A stretch of DNA of 48,224 nt, from NCBI GenBank assembly GCA_964512635.1, contig CAZEJB010000012.1:57989-106212 (forward strand), given 5' to 3'. The position numbers and the translations under genes were made by a program. This document shows, in pieces, positions 18,179 to 26,639 of the stretch. Under the pieces are notes generated by a model, which saw only the letters and a list, made by a program, of their open reading frames with translations, was not told where the DNA came from and searched no databases. Origin of the DNA: an uncultured Planctomycetales bacterium (lineage in GTDB: Bacteria > 4484-113 > JAFGCY01). Each line of letters starts with the position of its first letter. Position 1 is the first letter of the stretch.

Positions 18179-20296
18179 TTACGCAGCGGCCGGCTTGTCC
18201 GGCGTCGGGGTTGGCACAGGCGGCAGCGGTTTTGGAGCGGGCTGCTCGTCAGCGCCAGCGCCAGTGCCAAAGAAGCGCGTCAGCTGCGCCGCCAGGGCGT
18301 CGATGCTGCCTCCGCCAAGCAGACCACCGCCGCCGCCGGCGACGAGGATCTCCGGCATGATCTTGACGTTGTGCTCGCTCAGCGAGGCGATGGCGTTGAT
18401 CAGCGCCGTCTCGGAGCGCCCGAGCGCGGCGACCTGCTCGGCGAAGGACTTCGCGCGGGCCATACCGATCGCCTCGACTTCCTGGCCGCGGGCCAGGCCG
18501 CTCTCGCGGATGATCGCCGCTTCGGTCTCGGCGCGGGCCAGACCGGTCTGGCGGATCACCGCCGCGTCCACGTCCGCCTTGGCCAGACCCGTCTCGCGGG
18601 TATAGGCCGCCTCGCCCTCCGCCCGCGCGCGCTGGCTGCTGGCGTTGTGCTTCTGGATGTCAACGTTCACCTGGGCCTGGGCCAGCTGCAGCTGCATGTC
18701 GGCCGTACCGCGCGCCTGCTCGGTGGCGATACGCTCCTCCTCCGCCACACGCTGCATGCGGTAGGTCTCGACCTCCTGGTTGGCGATCTCGCGCTGGGTC
18801 AGGACCTGCACCATGTCTTCCGGCAGGATGACGTCCTGGATGTAAACGCCCTTGGTCTCCACCTGATACTCCGCGAGCTGCACGGAGATGTGCTCGAAGG
18901 CCTCGCGCTGCACCTCATGGCGCGTCTCGATGAACATCACCGCCGGCATGCTCTGCAGCTTGTCGCGGAAGTGGTTGCCCACCGCCGCCTGCAGCACTTC
19001 ATTGACCAGGTTGGCCATGCTGCCCACGCTGCTGATCACCCGCGGCGCGCGGGTATCCGGCACGTGGATCTGCACCTGCAGATCGAACTTGAACACGAAG
19101 CCCTCGCGGCTCTTGGCCACAATCGGCTGCAGGCGCTGGTCATAGCTGTGCGCATGGCTCACCACATCGGCCCAGTTCAGGGTCAGGATCGCCGTCGGCA
19201 CAATCTCGGCCTGATAGCAGCGCGGGTTGATCGGGTACTTGCCCGTCCGCAGCGGCTCCTGCCAGATACCGCGGTGGCCCGGCCGCACCAGGCTGCCGTG
19301 CTTGAACTCGCTGCCGCTGGTGTCGCGGGTGGCCAGGCCGACATAGCTCTTGACCACCGCCACCTGGCCCTGCTCCACCACCAGCATCGGCACGATCTCC
19401 ACGCTGACCAGGAAGGGGTTCAGCGTGAAGGCGCCATACAGCAGCGGGTCGTGCTGCAGGCCGATTTTGCCGCCGGCTTCCAGGAAGGCCTGGAAGTCCT
19501 GATAGTTGTTGTGCTGGGTGTTCTTGTTGCCCAGCAGCACTTCGATCATGTCAGCGTCGGTGCTGCCATTGCCCTCCATCTTCTCGACGTCGTCGAAGCC
19601 GCCGAGGCGGCTGGCGATATCGCCGCTGTCCAGGGGCTCGCCCTCGAAGGTGGTGACGATGCCGATGGTGTCGATCACCCGGCCGCCATCACTGCTATGC
19701 GGCTGGATGCGCACGATCTCAAGCTGGTCCTGCCGCAGGCCGAAGTTCTCCGGCGTCAGCATGGCCCCGCGCAGCTGGTTGCTGCTGACCGGCACGCCAA
19801 AGACGCGCCGGCGTGTGACGACCATGAAGGCCACCGGGTGGATCGGCACCAGGGTGCCCGGGGGCAGCACCGGCCGCTGCACACCCTTCTGGCCGCCGCG
19901 GCCGATGAAGGTCTGAAGGTTCGTAAAGTTGCCGAATTCCCTCCTGTAAATGGCGCTCTTCGCACCGATGGGCAGCGGGCTGCCGATCTGCGCGATCACC
20001 ACGCCGATCTCGCCCGCCGGGATCTGCACCCAGGGGTGCTTCTCGACTGCGTAAAGCAGCCAGAGCCTAAAGCGCCAGCCCGGCATCAGCAGTTCACTTT
20101 GATAGCCAGCTTCGCCGTTGAAGGCGATGGGGTTATCTTCGGAGAGCTTGCGCAGGGCGAAGCGCTTGATTACCAGCCCGACTTCGGTCGGTCCAATCAC
20201 GTGGATCGAGGGAAGTATAAGTATCAGGGCCAGTACGATAAACACAGCAGACCAGGCCGCCAAAGGGCCCAGCACAGCCAACACATCCGTTCCCAA
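18179..20296 (-). CDS. Flotillin / SPFH (band 7) family protein
   Basis: N-terminal TM segment, an SPFH core and a C-terminal coiled-coil with Ala/Glu repeats (EAAYTRETGLAKADVDAAVIRQTGLARAETEAAIIRESGLARGQEVEA). Confidence 0.85.
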   Translation of the reverse strand: MGTDVLAVLGPLAAWSAVFIVLALILILPSIHVIGPTEVGLVIKRFALRKLSEDNPIAFNGEAGYQSELLMPGWRFRLWLLYAVEKHPWVQIPAGEIGVVIAQIGSPLPIGAKSAIYRREFGNFTNLQTFIGRGGQKGVQRPVLPPGTLVPIHPVAFMVVTRRRVFGVPVSSNQLRGAMLTPENFGLRQDQLEIVRIQPHSSDGGRVIDTIGIVTTFEGEPLDSGDIASRLGGFDDVEKMEGNGSTDADMIEVLLGNKNTQHNNYQDFQAFLEAGGKIGLQHDPLLYGAFTLNPFLVSVEIVPMLVVEQGQVAVVKSYVGLATRDTSGSEFKHGSLVRPGHRGIWQEPLRTGKYPINPRCYQAEIVPTAILTLNWADVVSHAHSYDQRLQPIVAKSREGFVFKFDLQVQIHVPDTRAPRVISSVGSMANLVNEVLQAAVGNHFRDKLQSMPAVMFIETRHEVQREAFEHISVQLAEYQVETKGVYIQDVILPEDMVQVLTQREIANQEVETYRMQRVAEEERIATEQARGTADMQLQLAQAQVNVDIQKHNASSQRARAEGEAAYTRETGLAKADVDAAVIRQTGLARAETEAAIIRESGLARGQEVEAIGMARAKSFAEQVAALGRSETALINAIASLSEHNVKIMPEILVAGGGGGLLGGGSIDALAAQLTRFFGTGAGADEQPAPKPLPPVPTPTPDKPAAA

Positions 20297-20478
20297 CTCT
20301 TTTCACCTGCACCCTGGAGTTACTTGCTCCGTTGGGATGCAAGGCAGATACTACAGCGCAGGAAGGCTCTCTGCAGGAAATTTAATGTGATACCGCGCTA
20401 TCAATAAGGAGCGCGAACAGTTGCATTACATATGTAGGGAAGGCCGCGCGAAGTTCGGATGCCGTGGACGCAGGGGTC

Positions 20479-21729
20479 TCAGGCCCCGCGCATCTTGACC
20501 TTTACCAGCTGCAGTTTCTGCTCCGCGTCCCGCAGCGGATAGATGGCCAGGATTCCGTTCCCGCACTGCGCAACCGCTGCTCCATCGATCCTCGCTTCCC
20601 CTTCCTGTTTGCCCTCGCCGCTGATGAAGAAAAGCCTGGAGTCTGTCTGAAAAGCAAAGCCGCCATTGTCACGCTTCAGCGGCCGGACGAGGGTATTGGC
20701 GCCGGGTATGCGGCTGCGCCACACCAGATCCCCGCCAGGACTGAGGCAAAAGAGCTCCTTGTCATCGTTCATCACGGCCACCCGCCCGCCGGAGCCGATC
20801 CCCGGCTGGCAGTCAGGCTTGCCCATGAGCTGATAGCGCCACAGCACCTTGCACATGCTGTCCAGCTTCAGTAGCTCGCTTTCACTGCAGATGTAGATAC
20901 TCCTGACTTGTCCGCCGGCGTCCATTTCCACAGTCTGGAAGCGGGCAAACTTGCCAAGACCCAGACGGTAGTCTTCAACGAAACTGCCCTGGGCATCAAC
21001 CCGCAGGATATCGCCGTACTTGCTGGTCACCAGGGCCGACCCGTCCGCCAATGGAACCGGCGGCACATTCATCAGACCCAGTTCCAGGTGGCAGGACCAG
21101 AGCAGCTCGCCTTCCGGGGAAACCTTGTGCAGAAAGTTGTGGGCGCTGGCCACGAAAGTGAAACCAGCGTGGTCAACCACCGGGGTGAAATCAAGGAGGC
21201 TGCCCTTGAGGTCGACGTTGAAGAGCTCTCTGCCTTTTTCGTCGAGCTTGACCAGCGTATCGCCGGCAGTCACGATCAGATCCTTCTCGCCGCAGGCGGC
21301 GAGCTTGCCGACATAGCCGAAGTAAGGCGGATTGTAGTCATAACGTTTGCGGCCAAATGCATCAAAGCCCAGCACATGGTCCTGACCGACCGGCAGGGCA
21401 ATACCGTTGTCCCCAAGCGCCACCGGCACACCGTCAGAGCCTTCCATCGGAATCTCCTTGCGCCAGAGCTCCCGCAGGAGCTCATCCCCGGCCGGTGCCG
21501 GCTGCGGTAGAAGCTGGCCGGGATCATAGTGGGGGGGTGGCTGGATTTCCACTGGGTCCTGCACTGGCACTTTTTTCACGCCAACCAGCACCTTTCCCGA
21601 ACTGTGCCGCTGGCTGTACACAATCCACAGGCTGCCCAGCACCATCACCACCGACAGCGCCGCGATGCCAAGCACCAGCTGCAACCGCAGCCTGGCGCGC
21701 TCCACCCGAAGTTTCTTAGCGCCGGACAT
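20479..21729 (-). CDS. Membrane-anchored PQQ-like beta-propeller repeat protein
   Basis: Start MSGAKKLRVERARLRLQLVLGIAALSVVMVLGSLWIV (signal anchor). It is followed by repeated beta-strand motifs (GDTLVKLDEKGRELF, GDILRVDAQGSFV, GDLVWRSRIPG). It overlaps the upstream gene by 14 nt. Confidence 0.7.
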   Translation of the reverse strand: MSGAKKLRVERARLRLQLVLGIAALSVVMVLGSLWIVYSQRHSSGKVLVGVKKVPVQDPVEIQPPPHYDPGQLLPQPAPAGDELLRELWRKEIPMEGSDGVPVALGDNGIALPVGQDHVLGFDAFGRKRYDYNPPYFGYVGKLAACGEKDLIVTAGDTLVKLDEKGRELFNVDLKGSLLDFTPVVDHAGFTFVASAHNFLHKVSPEGELLWSCHLELGLMNVPPVPLADGSALVTSKYGDILRVDAQGSFVEDYRLGLGKFARFQTVEMDAGGQVRSIYICSESELLKLDSMCKVLWRYQLMGKPDCQPGIGSGGRVAVMNDDKELFCLSPGGDLVWRSRIPGANTLVRPLKRDNGGFAFQTDSRLFFISGEGKQEGEARIDGAAVAQCGNGILAIYPLRDAEQKLQLVKVKMRGA

Positions 21730-22279
21730 TGCTGCTATCCCCTTCTCGGCTCTGCCATTCTTTCTCACACAGCTCGCAGTTGCTGCTGCGATAGTAGGCG
21801 CTGGCCACATCCGCGTCCTTCAGCACCGCGCTGGAATGCAGGTCCGGCACATGGTTCTGCCAGTGGCCGCAGGCGCACCTGAAAAGATAGTAGTGGTACC
21901 AGCTGCCATTTGGCCGCACGACTACCCCGTGGCCGAAATCCAGCCTTTCTTCGAGCTTCAGGTTCAGCTCGTCCCGCGGCTTGTCTGCGCCGCCCAGCTC
22001 TGCGCCGATCCGCGCGCGGATCAGGGCCGTCAGCTCCGGCGGCTCCGGACTGAGGGCAAAGCAGCCCGTGGCTGCGGGACCCTGGCCGGCTGCCCATGGC
22101 CACAGCCCGCTGAAGAAGCCGGCGGGCCCGCCCGGTCCGCGGGCCAGGGCCATCCACAGACTGCCCAGCACCAGCAGCAGCGCCAGCATTCCAAGCCCCA
22201 GCAACAGGCGCACACGCAGGCGCTCACGCGCCAGGCGCGCATGCTCAGCATACTCAGATACATAGTTCCTGCCCTGCAC
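21716..22279 (-). CDS. Membrane-anchored Cys4-motif protein (paralog B)
   Basis: TM anchor LRVRLLLGLGMLALLLVLGSLWMAL. C-terminal motifs YHYYLFRCACGHWQNHVPDL and YYRSSNCELCE. Confidence 0.6.
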   Translation of the reverse strand: MQGRNYVSEYAEHARLARERLRVRLLLGLGMLALLLVLGSLWMALARGPGGPAGFFSGLWPWAAGQGPAATGCFALSPEPPELTALIRARIGAELGGADKPRDELNLKLEERLDFGHGVVVRPNGSWYHYYLFRCACGHWQNHVPDLHSSAVLKDADVASAYYRSSNCELCEKEWQSREGDSSNVRR

Positions 22280-22397
22280 TCCGGCCTCCGCTGCTGCTTA
22301 AATTGTAGACGTATATGCAGCGCCGTTGTTTGCTTTCCTTTCAAGCGTGCAACCTTCACCCAGGCAGGTGCAGCCACCGCTGCTGCGCCCTCTGGTC

Positions 22398-23006
22398 TTA
22401 CTCGTCGGCCAGGTCTTCAGCGCCCGCCTGGTCCGACTCCCCGAAGCGGCAGCGGCTGCAGCGCTGGCTGCGGTAATACTCCACCAGCGGGCGCGGGTCG
22501 ACCAACTCATAGCCGCTCTGCATGTCCGGCAGCAGGTCGATCTCATGCCCGCATGCGCAGCGGAAGCGGTAAAGGTGGAAGCCGTGGTCTTCGCCGCTGA
22601 TCACAAACCAGTGGCGGCAGCCGTAGGGCGCGGGCAGGCGCAGCATGTTGCGCTCGGGCCAGTGGTTGTCTGCCAGCTCGGCACTGACTTCCAGGCTGTC
22701 GCAAAGCTGGCCGACGCGCTGCAGCAGGGCCGGATCGCTGGGGCGCAGCTCGACCTTCGGCCCTTCGCGAGGCAGCCCGGTAATCGTCTCCCGCCGCGCG
22801 CCCGCGGTCTGCGGGTCAAGGTCGAGCCCGGCGGCCGGCTCCTGCAGGCCGAGGCTGGCGCTGAAGTTCCAGGCGAGGTCCAGCAGCGGCCAGCGGAAGA
22901 GCCAGGCCAGCAGCACCACTAGTGCCAGTGCGATCAGACCCCGCTGATTCTCACTGACTAAGGACAAAGCAACGAAGTCAGCCGGCAGAGATGTTTGTCT
23001 CCGCAT
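22398..23006 (-). CDS. Membrane-anchored Cys4-motif protein (paralog A)
   Basis: TM anchor LIALALVVLLAWLF. C-terminal motifs HLYRFRCACGHEIDLLPDM and YYRSQRCSRCR. Homologous to 21716..22279. Confidence 0.6.
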   Translation of the reverse strand: MRRQTSLPADFVALSLVSENQRGLIALALVVLLAWLFRWPLLDLAWNFSASLGLQEPAAGLDLDPQTAGARRETITGLPREGPKVELRPSDPALLQRVGQLCDSLEVSAELADNHWPERNMLRLPAPYGCRHWFVISGEDHGFHLYRFRCACGHEIDLLPDMQSGYELVDPRPLVEYYRSQRCSRCRFGESDQAGAEDLADE

Positions 23007-23039
23007 TCACCGATCCCCCGACAGCGTGATAGCCCGCTC

Positions 23040-23520
23040 CGCGGGCTGGGTACAGGGAAATAGACGTAAGCAGAGCGGGATGGTTACGCTGTAGGGGCAG
23101 ACGGCTGTCTGCCCTTCCTTATGGGCCGGGGCTTGCCCCCGGCCGGCGCTCTGTTCCTGTAGGGCCGGGGCTTGTCCCCGGCCGCGGCTCTTGTAGTGGC
23201 GGCGCACAGTCGCCGCCCGCGGATTTGGCTGGGGAGCGCAGGCTTTAGCCTGCATCCTCGCAGGGCCGCATGGATATGCGGCCGCCTTGTCGGAGCGCGG
23301 ACGATTCGTCCGCGTCTTGCAGGGCCGCATGGATATGCGGCCATCCTGCCCGAGCGCCGGTCGACAGGTCGGCACTGGGAGCGCAGGCACCCTGCCTGCA
23401 TTCTTTTGAGGCCCGTGGGCTTGTCAGCTCATCCCATTGGCGCGGGTGTTCCCGCCCGCCCTCTGTCTTGTAGGGGCGGCGCACAGTCGCCGCCCGCACT
23501 TCCTCCGCGAAATGTCATTG
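23040..23520. repeat. REP-like hairpin array, cluster 1 (about 12 GC-hairpins with TTGTAGG/TTGCAGG or GGAGCGC 5' heads)
   Basis: Units include cTTGTAGGggcggcgcacagtcgccgcc, TTGCAGGgccgcatggatatgcggcc, GGAGCGcggacgattcgtccgcg and GGGAGCGcaggcaccctgcctgcATTC. Several units are duplicated. Confidence 0.6.
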
Positions 23521-23563
23521 CTGACTGACGGAGATGACTGTTCCGTTGCTGTAACATCTGACC

Positions 23564-24457
23564 ATGCACAAGAGTCAAGTGACTCTCATCAGTGCCGGAC
23601 TGATTCTGCTCCTAGGCGGCATGCTCCTCTGGCCGCACCTGAAGGCGTATCGCAAGGCCCAGGAGCGGTTGGCCCTTTGCTTCGACTGCGAGGAGTATCC
23701 CCTGCTCTGCAATCCGGCGCGAGTGGCATACAAGGCTGAAGTCGCGGCCGACGGCAGAATCGAACTCGGCCTGGAATTCTATTACGACGGCGCAGTGCGC
23801 GAAGCGTCGCCTTACGTTATGGCCGCGTACCAACTGACCCCGGCCAAGGTGATTGCCATGCCTGACTTTGAGGACCCCGAGGTTTATGGTGTGCGTGAGC
23901 TGCCCGCAGAATTGGCGGGCTCCAGCCTGTGGCTTACCATGCGCCCTAAGCTGGGTGCCCAGAAGCTTCCACACATCAGCAAGTACGATCAACTCAACTT
24001 TTTGGGACCGATTAATATCAACCTCGAAGATAACCCACTGTGCCTGCCCTTCATACAGTCCGGAGCCGAATTGCGGGCCTACGCCTGTGCCAAGACCTTC
24101 TACCCATACCACAGGCCGCAACTCCAGCTTGGCCTGACGCCACTTTCGCCGGCGTTAGTACTCGAAGACTGTTCTCCTGAACTGATTGAAGTCAAGGCTG
24201 GTGATTACCCGGTTCTGGAGCACGAGAAGAACTTGCAGCGCTTCGCCAACGGAATTCTGGTCGACCCTTCATTCCCGTGTTATCTGCTTAGGGACGCTGG
24301 CAATGCTCGCGCTGAAAAACTAATGCTGCTGGATCCCAGCTTTTGCGAATGGCCCGCAAATGCACCGCTCACTCAGTTGCGCAGCTACTACCTTTTCTGG
24401 AACCCGCTCTTCACCAAACCAGTTACCAGCCATGGCCATGATCCCGCCACGCCGTGA
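23564..24457 (+). CDS. Hypothetical membrane-anchored protein inside the REP-like island
   Basis: 297 aa with an N-terminal TM segment LISAGLILLLGGMLLW and no recognisable domain. It has intermediate GC and is bracketed by a ~180-bp direct repeat. Confidence 0.5.
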   Translation: MHKSQVTLISAGLILLLGGMLLWPHLKAYRKAQERLALCFDCEEYPLLCNPARVAYKAEVAADGRIELGLEFYYDGAVREASPYVMAAYQLTPAKVIAMPDFEDPEVYGVRELPAELAGSSLWLTMRPKLGAQKLPHISKYDQLNFLGPININLEDNPLCLPFIQSGAELRAYACAKTFYPYHRPQLQLGLTPLSPALVLEDCSPELIEVKAGDYPVLEHEKNLQRFANGILVDPSFPCYLLRDAGNARAEKLMLLDPSFCEWPANAPLTQLRSYYLFWNPLFTKPVTSHGHDPATP

Positions 24458-24537
24458 CATTCCTGCGCGCCAGCGGGCATGCCGTCTCGCTCAAGCTCTC
24501 GCCCGTCTGGAGAGACCACCGTTCCCGAGGCCGCGCC

Positions 24538-24712
24538 TTGCAGGGCCGCATGGATATGCGGCCGCATTTTCGGAGCGCGGACGATGCCTGCGCGTCCATT
24601 TTGTCGGAGTGACGGTCGACAGACCGGTACTGGGAGCGCGGGCACCCTGCCTGCATTCTTGTCAGGGCCGTGAGCTTGTCAGCTCATCCCATTGGCGCGG
24701 GCATTCCCGAAT
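24538..24712. repeat. REP-like cluster 2; direct-repeat copy of 23255..23455
   Basis: About 175 bp, roughly 85-90% identical to part of cluster 1. It has the same order of hairpin units and ends in cttgtcagctcatcccattggcgcggg. Confidence 0.6.
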
Positions 24713-24903
24713 CAATAATCTGCGTCATGTTTCCCAGATCGTCATATACGTAGATCTATGTATAGCCGCCGTGTATGATGAGCAGGTCGCTGGACGGCAT
24801 AGACTGCTTCACGCGACAAATAACGTGTCTAAGATGTTAGTAATCCTTAAGACGACTGTAGTCAGACGTCATCTTTGACATATCTGGAATTGGGAAGTCC
24901 GCA

Positions 24904-25245
24904 TCAAGTAAAGGCAGCAAGTCCGATTGTTATCGCGGTACAGGCAGCAAATATATAACCTAGTTTCTCAGCATTGCCACCGAAGGCGCGACCAATGCTC
25001 CAAGTATTGACGACTGCAATGAGCGCTAGACCAAAATAGAGTTGTGAATCATCGATCTTGGGTATTACACTGTGTATGAAAAGCAAAGCTACTACCAGAT
25101 AGAAAACAGCTGGGAGCAGTTTGTGTACGACAAACAATCTGTTGGGTACCTCTGGCTTATGTGAACTTAATGCTGCAATCAAGCAGCAAACGAAAGCTAG
25201 AGAAATCTCCACAGCGAGCAAAATTGTAAGCACCGAGTTACTCAT
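24904..25245 (-). CDS. Small polytopic membrane protein (low GC, ~43%)
   Basis: 113 aa with three to four hydrophobic segments. Its composition differs strongly from the surrounding ~65% GC. Confidence 0.5.
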   Translation of the reverse strand: MSNSVLTILLAVEISLAFVCCLIAALSSHKPEVPNRLFVVHKLLPAVFYLVVALLFIHSVIPKIDDSQLYFGLALIAVVNTWSIGRAFGGNAEKLGYIFAACTAITIGLAAFT

Positions 25246-25434
25246 TTACAACCTCAACAGTGCACACGGGCAATGTGTGCAGCACCTACAGCCCTGCTGC
25301 CAAGTAAGGTGAGCGCAATCAGCAAGCATGTTGCTACCAGCAAGGCAGGCCAACAACGCCGCGGCCGCCATGATACCAAGCTCCGTCGCCGCGGCCGATT
25401 TGGTTCATACCCTGGCCAATCGACTCGCTGGCCA

Positions 25435-25800
25435 TGCGGCCTCCGGAGCAGTCTGCCTTCTTTGCCGGGCAGTGGTCACTAATGAAATTGTAACGCCGGA
25501 TTGTGGCCTCGGCTGGCAGGCCTCTGCTTTCGTAGGGCCGTGAGCTTGTCGCCGCCCGCTTGTAGCAGCGCGGCCCCGTCCGCGCGCTCTTGACTCAGCA
25601 CTGAACACTCAGCAGGCCGCCCAGCCCGCCGTTTGGAGAACTGTCCGGCGGGTCGGCGCATCCACAAACCCTATCCTCGGAGCCTCCAGCTTGTAGGAAA
25701 CTTGTTGTCGTTGACCCAGCCGCCGGAGTAGGTCTACTCAATGCGCAGGATCTTACGCCCTCTTCTTCTGCCGGCACTGCCATTCCAGGTGGCGGGGTGC
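25435..25800. repeat. REP-like cluster 3 (includes ~90-bp direct repeat B, copy 1 at 25435..25522)
   Basis: gcggcctccggagcagtctgccttctttgccgggcagtggtcact... recurs at 26761..26850. It is followed by GTAGG and TTGTAG headed hairpins. Confidence 0.5.
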
Positions 25801-25918
25801 TTCTAGGCTTGGCCAGCCAGCTCTAGAGGCGTGTTAATGGTGTAGTTGTATCAACACGAGAAATCCCAACTACGTTTCATTCAAGTTAGAGCACAGAATG
25901 CCAAGAAATATCTACACC

Positions 25919-26416
25919 CTATTCCGTTACATCGACCCACAGTTCATAGTAATCATAGCTCGAGCCCACATCCTTATAGGTCATTCTCAACAATGTTACT
26001 AGTAACTTATTATCTTGTGATCGAAAGGTGATCATTGGAAGGTCAGGCTTATCGGCTTCTATACTGTACTCCTTGCCCAGGCACGACTCTATATGGCTAC
26101 TAACCTCACCCCACGATTTATCATTGGTAAAAGCAACGGCATAGTGCATCCTATAGCCCGTCGAATCACTAAAATCTTCCACGGCAAAAGACTTGCCATC
26201 TCCTGGCCCCCCATGCCTAACAGGCACGGCCAATGACCCCATAGGAGCATTTAGCTGCGATAGCGGCCAACCGGATGGGTACTGGACGGGATTTGTCCTG
26301 CCAGTAGTTTTGATCACTGCTTTCTGCTTTTGACAAGACGTGCAGCATCCCAGCAGAAAGCCTGCGATGACTAAGCCTATGCTCGCATAGCGGATGCAAC
26401 GATCACTGATGCTCAT
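25919..26416 (-). CDS. Hypothetical lipoprotein (low GC)
   Basis: Lipobox GFLLGCCTSC. AT-rich coding sequence. Its ATG overlaps the stop of an upstream small ORF (ATGA). Confidence 0.55.
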   Translation of the reverse strand: MSISDRCIRYASIGLVIAGFLLGCCTSCQKQKAVIKTTGRTNPVQYPSGWPLSQLNAPMGSLAVPVRHGGPGDGKSFAVEDFSDSTGYRMHYAVAFTNDKSWGEVSSHIESCLGKEYSIEADKPDLPMITFRSQDNKLLVTLLRMTYKDVGSSYDYYELWVDVTE

Positions 26417-26607
26417 TTCTTATCCTTGGCGCGGTCTGGGAGAGCTGGGACCTCCACCAGGATTACCGATACCGCCATGTCCACCGCCCGAGTGCGGCAC
26501 TGGCCGAAGAACTCGCGATTGTCGCCCTCGACCGTCGGCTGGCTGAAGCTGCGCGGGCTCTTCCATTCGCGGCGCAGCGGGATGCGGACAAGGTGTCCGC
26601 GCTCCAT
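26416..26607 (-). CDS. Possible small ORF translationally coupled to the lipoprotein gene
   Basis: 63-aa frame MERGHLVRIP...RAKDKK whose TGA shares bases with the downstream ATG. Its upstream extension runs into repeat sequence, so the start is uncertain. Confidence 0.2.
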
Positions 26608-26639
26608 GAAGATACGGGACGCAGTCCCGCGCTCCGGGG

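Noticed and set aside
16443-20407. Long + strand ORFs of 456 aa and 816 aa
   Set aside because: They are antisense to the PKD/propeller gene and the flotillin gene. They have Arg/Ala/Val-rich composition and no domain signal.
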